Shown: positions 55,334 through 63,640, counted from the stretch's first letter. The stretch is DNA of 64,000 bases from Octopus vulgaris (GCA_951406725.2 OX597841.1:13454001-13518000), one strand, 5' to 3'. The notes: generated from the letters alone by a model not told the origin. Program-made: numbers and translations.

Positions 55334-58300
55334 TAAATATTGGGTGCACAGCTCCACATTGATGGATAATTAACCTTTATTTGTGTATTAAGGCTATCAG
55401 TGGTTTCATGTTAAGGAAATATCTTAGCAATCCTCAAGCTGGTCACATTGAAAAATTGGTGTTTGTCTCCATTTTGGATTAAAATGCAGATGGACACCAA
55501 TTTTTCTGTGATTGGCTTGAAGAATTGTTAATGTATTTTCTTAACATGAAACCAATGGTAGCCTTAATGCACAATATATATTTATATATATATATCTATA
55601 TATATTATGTATGTTCTTTTTTGAAATACCTTGAAGCACCTCACAAAGCTGTAAATAATAGCATGTAAGTATTGGATTTAGGATTTCTTCTGGATAGAAA
55701 CTCAAAGACTGCTTGTTGAGGGTGAACCCATTTCCTCTGTGGATATGAGAGATGTTCTACCATTGGACCAAAACACTCCTTCGAATTTCTCTTGCCATTT
55801 TAGGAAATTAATTCTTACCAGCAAGAATTGTATATTGACATCATAAAAATTTTATAAATTTTTGGGAGAATATGAAATGGCTCCTTTTTTTAAATTTTTT
55901 GGGAGCACCTTCAAGAACATAGATAGAGGAGACACAGATTTGAGTCCCGTGGGCAGCTTTTGACACTTTCTATCCAAAAGGGATTTTCAACCCAGTATAT
56001 TTGTTATTTAGGGTATTCCAAAAAGGAAATTGTTCTAGTTCTCTCATGAGTTTATAAAATTCATATAATGTCAACTATATATATATATATATGCATATAT
56101 AGACAGGGTTAAGCTCCATGATGTGTCCTCATGAAGTACATCTGTATATTCTAGTCTTTTTGTAGGTGTTATATTTTACATGAGGCAGACATGTTTGTTG
56201 ATAATAGGGGAACACTTCTTGCAGAGTCATTATGTATCAAAACAGAAGACTGTAAACATTTGTATTTTATTTCCCCATTACACACGTTTCATTACCTAAT
56301 AGGAGTTATATGTCTTAAATGTTTTTCTACATGTACACCTATGTAACTCCTATTAGGTTACGAAACATATGTAACGGGGAGTGGCACGTAAAAATACCAT
56401 CCGTTCGTGGCCGTTTGCCAGCTCTGTCTGGCACCTGTGCAGGTGGCACGTAAAAAGCACCCACTACACTCACGGAGTGGTTGGCATTAGGAAGGGCATC
56501 CAGCCGTAGAAACACTGCCAAATCTGACTGGCCTGGTGCAGCCTTCTGGCTTCCCAGACCCCAGTTGAACCATCCAACCCATGCTAGCATGGAAAACGGA
56601 CGCTAAATGATGATGATGATGATTTTTCAATCTGTTGTTTTGATATGTGTGTGTGTGTTTCGTATTTGTTATGCAAAATTCTTGAAGTAGAATAAATTTT
56701 TGCCAATAAAAGACCCTGTTTAGATTGTATTTCACATTTTAATATCATCATAGATTCAGGTAGCACGGTGCTTTAGCAGAATCACTCAAGCATCAGTCAA
56801 AATCCATTGTTATTTGTCTCAGTTCTCTACATTCTGCATTGAAATCCCACCAATGTCAGCTTTGCCTTTCAACCTTTAAGGGCCCAGTATGTTACGTGCA
56901 AAGGATTTGCAGGTGTGAGTGCTACCAGCTGAAAGCTCTGCATACCAGACGCTATCAAGTTTATGAGGTTACCAATAAAGAATACCTTTCACGTTCTGGG
57001 GCCCATGAAATATAGTACCTGTTTATTAATGAAAGGGTCAATAGTATCGACATATCCTTCTCTGTTTGAAATTATTGATCTTGTACCTCAATTAGTGACA
57101 CTTGTTAGTTCTCTAATTAACCTCACTAATTAACATTAGCTTAATAATGAGTTATTTTACTAATTTCTCTATTTTCAAACTTAACTGAAATAAAAACAGT
57201 GGATTTCTACAGAAGTATAGTAATATAAGAGTAAACAAGTAATACTAAAATGAAGTGAAATCCAACCAGTGCATGTATTTTATTGGCAAAATTACCCACC
57301 CAGGGTCCAACATATATATTCTTTCTTATAGTTTTAGTCTTACTCTTTTCTGTTTCTTTCTAAATATTTTTTTCTTTTCACAAAAAATATCTCTTGGATT
57401 TTTAAATTTTTTTTTGCTCTCCATCTTGATGTGTAAATGTTTTACTCTATCTGATTTCTGTGATGTGTTAATACTGATTTCTAACCATCAACTTTGCTCA
57501 CAAGGCCTCAATTCTGAGGGGCAGGGGTATATTCAATTATATCGAAACTCTGTATGCGATCGGATATGTCTTTTATTTTATCTGCTTTCTGCCCCTGAAG
57601 GGTAACGGGTGAAGCAGACTCTGGTAAGATTTGAACTTACAATGCAAATGTTTCAAACAGGAGTGGCTGTGTGGTAAGTAGCTTACTTACCAACCACATG
57701 GTTCCAGGTTCAGTCCCACTGCAAAGCACCTTGGGCTAGTGTCTATTATAGTTTCAAGTCAATCAAAGCCTTGCGAGTGGATTTGGTAGATGGAAACTGA
57801 AGGAAGCCTGTCATTTATATAGTTGTGTATTTGCCTCCCCCCCCTCTTCTGCCATCGCTTGACAACCAATGTTGGTGTATTTATGTCTCCGTAACTTAGT
57901 GGTTCGGCAAAAAGAGACTGATAGAACAAGTACTAGGTTTACAAAGAACAAGTCCTGGGGTCGATTTGTTTGGCTAAAAGGTGTTGCTCCAGCATGGCCA
58001 CAGACAAAGGAATAAAAAAAATAAATGACTGAATACTGTGAGGCATTTTGTCTGTATGCAAAACGGTTAAGACGCATTGCGTAAGACGTGTCCCTCTGGT
58101 CTGCTCCCTCTTTAATGCCTTGTCATAACTAACCAGAGTTTTTCCAAAGAGAGTGCAAATCCTAGCAAGAGCCAACACTGCCTTTTATCCTTCAGGGACC
58201 GCTATGATGAAGTATACCCCTCCCCTCAAAATGTGGAGGCCTTGCATCTAAATTAGATTCCACGCTTATTTCACGAGAATTTGCTGGGCATATTTGTTTT

Positions 58301-59162
58301 ACTGTTTACTTTTCTGGGATGTTCTTCTCTCTCCGTTCTTTGGTTCTGTGATTCTTCAAATCTATGATTCTTTCATTCTATGATTTTGCTCGTTCCCTGA
58401 TTCTTTCATTCTGTAATTTCTTTCCCCCCCCCCCCCAAAAAAAAAAGCAAAGCATGAAACAGTTAGTGTGTGTTTGTGATTACCCTGGTCTAGTGATCAT
58501 GTGATGGTTGTGATCATAAAACAGCCAAAATGTAGGGAAATCAAGATGGAGATTTTCAAATCTAATATAAACAGCATGCATTTGTATACATTTTGACTTT
58601 TGGATCACTCTCTCTCTCTCTCTCCATATATATATATATATATATATATATTACACACACACACTCATACTCGTACACACACATGAAGGTGCTGAAAGGT
58701 TCCTGGTTTTAAGGGTATCACAAATGGCCTGGTTGGAGGCCCAAGTTCTTGGGTTCTTTTACAGGGCTTAGAAAAACTGAAGGACCACTGCAATAAGTGT
58801 GTGAATCTGAGAAGGGAATATGTTGAATAGAATCATAATTAACTGACCTCCTGTTTTTTTCTTTTACCCAAAGCCAGGAACCTTTCACCAACCCCTTTTA
58901 TGTATGTGTATGTGTATTCTTTACTATATTCCCTTATTCCTCGTCTCATCTCTGTTTCTCTCTCTCGCATCCAATCTGCAGTCTCTTGGCGATGCCATGA
59001 CAGGAATATCAAACGATGCCAAGAAAGCTGACACGGATGGGTTCTGCGAGGCCGTCAGAAACTTCTCCTCATCCATTAATGGCCTGACTGAAGCAGCTGC
59101 TCAGGTAAGAAAGAAGTCTTAGGATTCGCTTCATTTATTCGTAACCATGATTATATGCATAC

Positions 59163-59247
<85 letters not shown>

Positions 59248-59765
59248 CATACACACATACATATATACGTAACAAAGACCATCTGATCGTGGCCGTTGCC
59301 AGTCTCGCCTGGCCTCCGTGCCGGTGGCACGTAAAAAGCACCATCCAAGCGTGGACGTTCACCAGCCTCGTCTGGCACCTGTGTCGGTGGCACATGAAAA
59401 GCACTCTCTATGGTTGGCGTTAGGAAGGGCATCCAGCTGTAGAAACCTTGCCAGATCTGACTGGCCTGGTGCAGCCTTCTGGCTTCCCAGACCCCAGTTG
59501 AACCGTCCAACCCATGCCAGCATGGAAAGCGGACGCTAAATGATGATGATGATGAATACCAAGTTAACTTTTGAGAGTTAAAGCTACATAATTATTGTCT
59601 TTCTGTTTTTCTTCTCTCTAGTCTGCCTATTTGGTTGGTATCGCTGACCCGGCCTCTGAGCCTGGACACGCTGGTCTTGTTGACCAATCCCAGTTCGCTC
59701 GGGCGAACCAAGCGATCCAGACAGCGTGTCAAAACCTCACTTATCCAGCAAGATCCCACTCAGAG
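11965..59765 (+). CDS. TLN1: Talin (invertebrate TLN1/TLN2 orthologue), partial spliced CDS of 30 exons covering FERM F1-F3, linker and rod R1 to the start of R8; gene continues beyond both window ends
   Basis: Manual splicing gives an uninterrupted frame with talin hallmarks: [114 protein letters not shown]. All introns are GT-AG with matching phases. Confidence 0.97.
12658..12800 (+). CDS. TLN1: Talin exon, F1/F2 ([14 protein letters not shown]...QLLYVQ)
   Basis: ttttcag|TA AAT ... CAG|gtaggt; 143 nt. Confidence 0.95.
13334..13741 (-). mobile_element. SINE family A, near full length
   Basis: Reverse complement of family A. Confidence 0.9.
13879..14006 (+). CDS. TLN1: Talin exon, F2 ([12 protein letters not shown]...KHKPGFL)
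   Basis: tttcag|TGT ... TTA GA|gtgagt; 128 nt. Confidence 0.95.
14344..14577. repeat. 78-nt tandem repeat, 3 copies
   Basis: tatcatcacctggtacaatcc starts at 14344, 14422 and 14500. Confidence 0.9.
15354..15535. repeat. Fold-back inverted repeat (~84-bp arms, 14-nt loop)
   Basis: 15354-15437 is the near reverse complement of 15452-15535. Confidence 0.9.
15927..15990 (+). CDS. TLN1: Talin exon, F2 basic membrane patch ([22 protein letters not shown])
   Basis: caccag|A CTT ... CAG|gtgagt; 64 nt. Confidence 0.95.
16660..17022 (+). mobile_element. SINE family B with internal tandem units
   Basis: Repeated ggtggcacgtaaaaagcacc units followed by the family B core and (ATG)n tail. Confidence 0.85.
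21431..21833 (+). mobile_element. SINE family A
   Basis: Match to family A. Confidence 0.9.
22185..22625. repeat. Degenerate (CA)n satellite
   Basis: Direct reading. Confidence 0.9.
22899..23280 (+). mobile_element. SINE family A
   Basis: Match to family A. Confidence 0.9.
23480..24245. repeat. Compound (TA/CA/TATG)n satellite
   Basis: Direct reading. Confidence 0.85.
24734..24838 (+). CDS. TLN1: Talin exon, F2/F3 (EHKTQNG...[11 protein letters not shown])
   Basis: ttccag|GAA ... AAG|gtgagt; 105 nt. Confidence 0.95.
25743..25832 (+). CDS. TLN1: Talin exon, F3 ([30 protein letters not shown])
   Basis: tttcag|GAA ... GAA|gtacat (weak donor); 90 nt. Confidence 0.93.
27221..28190 (-). mobile_element. 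Tandem 3' fragments of an RLE-type (R4/Dong-like) non-LTR retrotransposon in (TAA)n
   Basis: ORF 27756-27983 [15 protein letters not shown]...PVVIGALG...[15 protein letters not shown] fits the restriction-like endonuclease C-terminus; the 3' end is repeated 2-3 times between (ATT)n runs. Confidence 0.8.
28244..28309 (+). CDS. TLN1: Talin exon, F3 integrin-binding pocket ([22 protein letters not shown])
   Basis: cccacag|ATT ... CTG|gtaagt; 66 nt; KRW equivalent to R358/W359. Confidence 0.95.
28470..28571 (+). CDS. TLN1: Talin exon, end of F3 ([19 protein letters not shown]...IIMRK)
   Basis: ttgcag|GAT ... AAG|gtaagt; 102 nt. Confidence 0.95.
28680..29070 (+). mobile_element. CR1/L2-clade LINE 3' fragment with (ATT)n tail
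   Basis: NTRGHVYK...[18 protein letters not shown]...SFK, typical of the CR1-group ORF2 C-terminus. Confidence 0.8.
29784..29860 (+). CDS. TLN1: Talin exon, head-rod linker ([25 protein letters not shown])
   Basis: ttacag|AAA ... CA|gtaagt; 77 nt. Confidence 0.93.
29892..30197 (-). mobile_element. Non-autonomous Helitron
   Basis: Minus strand 5' TC, subterminal hairpin cccgagcaacgccggg, degenerate CTAG end, A|T target; homologous to 43764-44463. Confidence 0.8.
30570..31030. mobile_element. Unclassified ~450-nt dispersed repeat (second copy ~62354-62805)
   Basis: Collinear copies catgccatcaaagtgacactggggtac ... gcaaatctgtggtattgagcagaatattt. Confidence 0.75.
31258..31651 (+). mobile_element. 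SINE family A, full length
   Basis: Match to family A. Confidence 0.9.
31749..31929 (+). CDS. TLN1: Talin exon, linker ([27 protein letters not shown]...APVQ)
   Basis: cctcag|A GCC ... CAG|gtgagc; 181 nt; phase fits both neighbours; [10 protein letters not shown] resembles vertebrate GSVALPAIMR. Confidence 0.9.
32011..33375 (+). mobile_element. Decayed mariner (Tc1/mariner) transposon interrupted by SINE B
   Basis: Transposase remnants [49 protein letters not shown]; degenerate TIR ggtctgatcaaaaagtatc. Confidence 0.8.
33431..33571 (+). CDS. TLN1: Talin exon, R1 ([17 protein letters not shown]...LPELGSDA)
   Basis: atttcag|AGT ... GCG|gtaagt; 141 nt; a second in-frame CAG lies 6 nt downstream. 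Confidence 0.92.
33623..34188. mobile_element. TTAA MITE interrupted by SINE A (~33763-34103)
   Basis: ttaaccctttagt ... actaaagggttaa; nearly identical to the intact copy at 39294-39520. Confidence 0.85.
34579..34760 (+). mobile_element. Helentron/HINE-like non-autonomous element fragment
   Basis: attacctcc...aaggaggttatgttttc, gtccgtctgtctg microsatellite, aaattttggtagtgatccgg; architecture typical of HINE/DINE-like elements. Confidence 0.55.
34893..35050 (+). CDS. TLN1: Talin exon, R1 ([11 protein letters not shown]...LGAAIHT)
   Basis: ctccag|GCT ... AT|gtgagt; 158 nt. Confidence 0.94.
36060..36210 (+). CDS. TLN1: Talin exon, R1 ([18 protein letters not shown]...AAQPGTRG)
   Basis: ttttcag|T TCT ... 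GGG|gtaagc; 151 nt. Confidence 0.94.
36344..36445 (+). CDS. TLN1: Talin exon, end of R1 ([16 protein letters not shown]...DHSFQ)
   Basis: tttcag|CCG ... CAA|gtaagt; 102 nt. Confidence 0.94.
37034..37201 (+). CDS. TLN1: Talin exon, R2 ([22 protein letters not shown]...QLVACAK)
   Basis: atgcag|GAC ... AAG|gtaaca; 168 nt. Confidence 0.95.
37220..37590. repeat. (CT)n/polypyrimidine tract
   Basis: Direct reading. Confidence 0.9.
38137..38238 (+). CDS. TLN1: Talin exon, R2 ([15 protein letters not shown]...VEAAM)
   Basis: tttcag|GTT ... ATG|gtaaga; 102 nt. Confidence 0.95.
38413..39534. repeat. ~270-bp direct duplication (38413-38682; 39030-39534) flanking a truncated SINE B (38683-39029)
   Basis: atgagaatattttctatgtagtgggaat ... 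tttgctt present twice. Confidence 0.9.
39294..39520. mobile_element. Intact TTAA (piggyBac-like) MITE
   Basis: TIRs with duplicated TTAA; the paralogous empty site has a single TTAA (gcacttaaaga, ~38665). Confidence 0.9.
39788..39901 (+). CDS. TLN1: Talin exon, end of R2 ([31 protein letters not shown]...GE)
   Basis: ttccag|TTT ... GAG|gtcagt; 114 nt. Confidence 0.93.
39905..40265. repeat. (ACT/ACC)n trinucleotide tract
   Basis: Direct reading. Confidence 0.9.
40455..41005. repeat. Degenerate minisatellite (units like gggtcccttcctgcagatccctctagct)
   Basis: Recurrent motif, poorly conserved. Confidence 0.7.
41059..41169 (+). CDS. TLN1: Talin exon, R3 ([19 protein letters not shown]...KMLAQ)
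   Basis: ttccag|GGT ... CAG|gtaacg; 111 nt. Confidence 0.95.
41230..41915 (-). mobile_element. SINE family B carrying a 67-nt internal minisatellite (about 6 copies)
   Basis: cacgttcggatggtgctttttatgtgccaccggcac at 41513, 41580, 41647, 41714, 41781 and 41848. Confidence 0.9.
42094..42225 (+). CDS. TLN1: Talin exon, R3 ([10 protein letters not shown]...[13 protein letters not shown])
   Basis: tttcag|GCA ... AAA|gtaagc; 132 nt. Confidence 0.95.
42541..42935 (-). mobile_element. SINE family A, full length
   Basis: Reverse complement of family A. Confidence 0.9.
43058..43186 (+). CDS. TLN1: Talin exon, R3/R4 ([12 protein letters not shown]...[11 protein letters not shown])
   Basis: cttcag|GGA ... 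GAA|gtaaat; 129 nt. Confidence 0.95.
43210..43660. repeat. Degenerate ~20-nt minisatellite (tgttagcccagtgtac-like)
   Basis: Recurrent gttagccca/gttaacc motifs. Confidence 0.75.
43764..44463 (-). mobile_element. Head-to-tail tandem of two non-autonomous Helitrons (43764-44066, 44067-44463)
   Basis: Minus strand A|TC...hairpin-CTAG|TC...hairpin-CTAG|T; no TSD. Confidence 0.88.
44532..44645 (+). CDS. TLN1: Talin exon, R4 ([17 protein letters not shown]...HFECK)
   Basis: tcccag|AAC ... AAG|gtaacg; 114 nt. Confidence 0.94.
45284..45397 (+). CDS. TLN1: Talin exon, R4 ([14 protein letters not shown]...[10 protein letters not shown])
   Basis: ttccag|GCT ... CAG|gtaaca; 114 nt. Confidence 0.94.
46432..46828 (-). 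mobile_element. SINE family A
   Basis: Reverse complement of family A. Confidence 0.9.
47094..47228 (+). CDS. TLN1: Talin exon, end of R4 (PCAKLIDAS...[11 protein letters not shown])
   Basis: caacag|CCC ... AAG|gtgagt; 135 nt. Confidence 0.94.
47275..47790. repeat. (TG/TA)n satellite
   Basis: Direct reading. Confidence 0.9.
47895..48023 (+). CDS. TLN1: Talin exon, R5 ([16 protein letters not shown]...LVPLPGET)
   Basis: ccctag|GCC ... ACG|gtaagt; 129 nt. Confidence 0.94.
48059..48453 (-). mobile_element. SINE family A
   Basis: Reverse complement of family A, starting about 35 nt after the exon donor. Confidence 0.9.
49599..49682 (+). CDS. TLN1: Talin exon, R5 ([28 protein letters not shown])
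   Basis: cttcag|GCG ... CAG|gtaaga; 84 nt. Confidence 0.94.
50156..50383 (+). CDS. TLN1: Talin exon, R5 ([17 protein letters not shown]...QQRLAQ)
   Basis: gaacag|GGT ... CAA|gtaaca; 228 nt. Confidence 0.95.
50398..50900. repeat. Polypyrimidine minisatellite (~17-nt cctctctcctgtctctt)
   Basis: Fills almost the entire intron 50384-50926. Confidence 0.9.
50927..51046 (+). CDS. TLN1: Talin exon, R5/R6 ([27 protein letters not shown]...STSQ)
   Basis: ttgcag|GTA ... CAG|gtcagt; 120 nt. Confidence 0.95.
51871..52392 (+). CDS. TLN1: Talin exon, R6-R7 ([12 protein letters not shown]...[12 protein letters not shown]...[10 protein letters not shown])
   Basis: cttcag|ATC ... AGG|gtttat (weak donor); 522 nt; its end aligns with vertebrate CLDSVMENSK. 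Confidence 0.93.
52459..52984. mobile_element. Tc2/pogo-like MITE, TA-flanked
   Basis: TIRs taccatgtatccttgagtataatccac / gtggactgtactcgaggatttatggta. Confidence 0.75.
53160..53697. repeat. ((CT)n-GCTAAT/ACTAAT) minisatellite
   Basis: More than 20 CTAAT motifs separated by (CT)n. Confidence 0.9.
53755..53784 (+). CDS. Weak candidate 30-nt in-frame talin microexon ([10 protein letters not shown]), R7
   Basis: gttttgtaccaacttcag|CTG...AAT|gtaaga; phase 0-0, no stop; immediately downstream of the CTAAT array. Prediction only. Confidence 0.3.
54410..54433 (+). CDS. Candidate 24-nt in-frame talin microexon (TVSTKELQ), R7
   Basis: ttatttctcttctgtttccctgtacag|ACT GTC TCC ACT AAG GAA CTC CAG|gtaagt; consensus donor, strong pyrimidine tract, branch-like CTAAC/CTGAC upstream, phase 0-0, unique sequence. 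Confidence 0.6.
54806..54946. repeat. Fold-back inverted repeat (~64-bp arms, 13-nt loop)
   Basis: 54806-54869 pairs with 54883-54946. Confidence 0.88.
55381..55574. repeat. Fold-back inverted repeat (~95-bp arms, 5-nt loop)
   Basis: 55381-55475 pairs imperfectly with 55481-55574. Confidence 0.85.
57659..58020 (+). mobile_element. SINE family A, older copy
   Basis: Diverged match to family A. Confidence 0.8.
58683..58900 (+). mobile_element. Mariner-derived MITE
   Basis: TIRs as at 5213-5839; retains the transposase C-terminal remnant [18 protein letters not shown]. Confidence 0.8.
58982..59104 (+). CDS. TLN1: Talin exon, R7 ([15 protein letters not shown]...GLTEAAAQ)
   Basis: ctgcag|TCT ... 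CAG|gtaaga; 123 nt. Confidence 0.95.
59622..59765 (+). CDS. TLN1: Talin exon, R7/R8 ([15 protein letters not shown]...[16 protein letters not shown]...SHSE)
   Basis: ctctag|TCT ... GAG|gtaaga; 144 nt. Confidence 0.95.
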
Positions 59766-60099
59766 GTAAGACTCGTCTTTAACAATTTCCTGCATAATTA
59801 ATTCATTAATCCATTAAATAAATATTTAATTAAACTGGAATAATATTAATATTGGCAATACAAGAGTGTCTAATGTTTTTTTTTTTTGCTTTCCGTTTTT
59901 TTTTTGTTTTATTTGCTGAGGGGTTAGAAGCGTGTGTGTTGGGGGGCGGGGGTTGATGTTTTCGTTGTTGTGGTTGTTTTTGTTGTTTTATATATTTGTG
60001 TTGTTTTCGTTGTTGGCTCTGAAGCTTTGTTGCAGTTCCAATTCCATTACACGGCCATTCTTCCAGCCTTTGGGTAGGTGCAAAAATACACGTGCACAT

Positions 60100-60405
60100 T
60101 TGGTTTAGTGGTTAGGGTGTTGCACTCGCGATTGCGAGATCGAGGGTTCGATTCCCAGACCAGGCATTGCGTTGTGTTCCTGAGCAAAGCACTTCATTTC
60201 ATTTTGCTCTGCGATCATTTTGACACCTGACATGTGGCACCCAGTTGCACCTGTACAGGTAATGTCAATCTGATGGAAGGAATGAGCTTATGTCTACACA
60301 AACGTTTGATCACTAAAAACAAATCATTTGTGTGGTTGTTTGGTGAGAAATTGTCGGACCCTCAAACATCGTCTAACGACGGGCTAGTCCATTATTATTA
60401 TTATT
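60100..60405 (+). mobile_element. tRNA-derived SINE (related copy ~8385-8610, minus strand)
   Basis: tggtttagtggttagggtg...gggttcgattccc head followed by a body shared with the 8385-8610 copy and an (ATT)n tail. Confidence 0.75.
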
Positions 60406-61239
60406 TTATATATATATATATATATATAATATGAAGTGTGTGTGTATATATGATCATGTGTGTCAATCTCCATTTGCATATGTGTGCTTGTCTGTTCTTA
60501 TAACCTATGTACCTATCCGTCTCTGTGTTGATCAACATACAGACGGATAGGTATATACATTATATGAACAGACAAGCACACATACGCAAATGGAGTCTGA
60601 CACACATGATCATATATACACACACACACTTTACTCCACACAAGGACACATATGGAGACACGGATCCACACATATAGAGATGCACATCCATACGTACAAA
60701 CACGGTACATAGTTGCATAACACACACACACACACATACTCAGACATGCACACACAAGGAGACAGAGGTGCATATATACACACATACATAAAGAACACAA
60801 ATATGGACATGCAAGCACATGAATATACAGGATACACACATACAGATGCACATACATATAGATACATATGCTTACACACACACACTTACATACATGCATG
60901 CATAGGCACACACACACTGACCCACACTTATGCACACAAACAAACAAAAAGGAACACAGTGTAAATAACAGACAGTCAAGACTATTGAAAAGGTTGCAAG
61001 ACACAACGAAAATTTTAGGAAAATAAAAATAAGAAATAAGGGGAAATTTTACCGGTGAGTGTGTTAAATAATGTTGGATGCCCTTGCTACCACCAACTGC
61101 CACCTGTTTCCAAGCCAGGTAATATTCCCCTCAATTCCTTCAGCCCTAAACAGCTGAATGCCTGGACATGTTTACGCAGAAGACTGCAAACAAACAGCAC
61201 CACTTGAATATCGTTTACGCTTGTTTACAAGACAAGGAT

Positions 61240-61273
<34 letters not shown>

Positions 61274-61849
61274 CAAACTATGCCAAGCTTGCAGCCAGCT
61301 ATGCTAAAGTGCTGCTTGCAGTGGTTCTAATCCAGCCACCCCCATTTCTCTTGTAATGTATATATTTGTGGAATAAGTCATTGTATATGTATACCATGTG
61401 TGTATATGTATACATATGTGTATATATGTCTATATGGCTATATTTATGTTACATTTGTACATTATGTAAAGTTATGCATATGTGTACATGTATATCTAGT
61501 TATGTGTCGATAAATAAATATGTATGTATATGTATATACATATATTTCTATGTATATGTGTTTGTATATATATGTATACATATGTGTGTCTATGTATGTG
61601 TATAATTGTGCCTATATCTCTGTATGTGTAGTAATATATGTGTGTTTGTATATATATGTATACATATGTGTGTCTATGTATTTGTATAATTGTGCCTATA
61701 TCTCTGTATGTGTAGTAATATATGTGTGTGTGTATATATATAACCTGTACGTCAATGTCAGTCAACCGGTTTCGTCCTGTTCCGTTCCCTGTCATCTTAA
61801 TCCTCGCAGTCTCTAACTTCTAATTAAACTTCTTAATTCTTCTCTTAAG

Positions 61850-61879
61850 TATTACGCTTCCTGGAACAGCCGTGCCATG
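61850..61879 (+). CDS. Candidate 30-nt in-frame talin microexon (YYASWNSRAM), R8
   Basis: ctctaac...ttcttaattcttctcttaag|TAT TAC GCT TCC TGG AAC AGC CGT GCC ATG|gtaaga; phase 0-0, no stop. Confidence 0.6.
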
Positions 61880-63592
61880 GTAAGATTTCATCTCTCTCTC
61901 TCTCTCTCTCTCTCTCTACCTCTCTTTTGTCCTCCTCTACTTCAGTTCTCTCTCCTCCCTTTTTTTTACCCCTCCCGTCTTTGTGCCTTCTTTCCTTCCT
62001 TTCTCCATTCCTGTTTTATCTCTTCCTTTTTGTTTGTTTACTTATTTTCGGTTGTTTTTATTTATTATTAGTATTACTGCTGCCAGTCATTCCCTCCTCT
62101 CCCACCTTCCGTCTTGCCATTGTAAATGCTGTACTAAGCACATGGTTATAATTATTGCTTTTGACATCACTGGTTGTTGAGTTTTGTTTTTCATCATCAC
62201 CATTGTCATTATCAACATTTTTGTGTGGAATTTTGTAATTAGTTTTGTTTGGAATTATTATTATTGTCTTCTTTCAGTTTTGTTTCCATTCCTTGCCAAG
62301 TGTCTTCCCAACACCTAGGGCAAAAAAAAACTCACTGTATACATGATTATTATTGAGTGAGAGAGCAGCATATGCCATCAAAGTGACACTGGGGTACAAT
62401 TATTCGAAGCCCAATATACCCATCATGACAACCCATCTGATATGGGCACACCAGGCACATGCATTACAACCACATGTGCACGACATGGTGATCGCATACT
62501 AACAGCGCATGCCCTTGCAGATGGGGCCCAGTTTGAATTTTCTTCAGATCGAGTAACCCATCCCGCTCAAAGGGTCCCTGAATAAGGGTTGTTTAAGGAT
62601 GTTGAACAAAACACCCATGTTTCCAAAGGTGAATTATCCAAACCCCCAAAGAACTCTTCTCAAAACATGGCTATGATGCTCCCCCACTACATCTGCTCGT
62701 GATCAGAGATGCACATATCATCAACCACTAAGGGACATACTCAAGTGGTTAAGGTCAAGCAACTGACAAGCAAATCTGTGGTATTGAGCAGAATATTTAC
62801 TGTAGAGTGACAGTCAAGCACATGGGGTCAATATAATCGACTGACCCCTTTCCCCTAAAATTTCTGGCCTTGTGCTATATTTACAAGAGATTGTGTTGGT
62901 GATGATGGTGATTACAATGTTCATGATGATAATGATGATGGTATATAGATAGGTAGGTAGCTAAGTAGATAGGTAGATATTTAGATATAGCCATGTATAT
63001 ATGTATATATATATATACATACATACATAAATACACACTAATATTCTGATCCTAAATGGTGATGTGTACCAACACTCCCATGAGGCATGCTTCAACAATT
63101 GTGTAGATCTCTTTACGTGAAACCATTGGTTGCCTTGTTTGCCCGTAATCAATGTATATATATATTTTCCTTGTTTGGAGTTCCTAATTTATATTTGTTT
63201 TGTTTTTATTAGTTTAGTTTCAGTTTTGTTTGTTTCTTTCTTTTTTTAATAAACCACCTCCCTCCTCCCCTCTCGCTCCCTCCTTGTTCCTCCCTCCCTC
63301 CCTCTTTCTTTCTCCCTCCCACCCCTACCAGAACTTCCGTTTGTCACTCTCTGCATTGTTCACTTACTCCTCCTACATGTGTGTCTCCTCCTACCGCCAC
63401 CATCACTGCCCACCACCTTCACCCTCACCTCCATGTCGTCCACCACCTACACCTCTGTCTTTCTCCGACTCGTGCTATTTATATATACACCTCTTTCTTT
63501 CTTTCTTGTATGCTTGAGTATATAATGTTGTATACAAGTATATATACATATATTTGAGTATATATGTATATATGTGTGTGTGTGTGTGTGAT

Positions 63593-63640
<48 letters not shown>

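Noticed and set aside
60036-60073. Possible small exon ttgcag|...TGG|gtaggt in the R8 intron
   Set aside because: 38 nt (or 7 nt from the inner AG), so not frame-preserving, with no other support.
60100-60175. tRNA-like sequence (also 3180-3255, minus strand)
   Set aside because: SINE heads attached to repeat bodies and tails; no intact cloverleaf evident.
61810-61879. Longer version of the R8 microexon using the cgcag acceptor
   Set aside because: In-frame TAA after five codons, and 70 nt is not a multiple of three.
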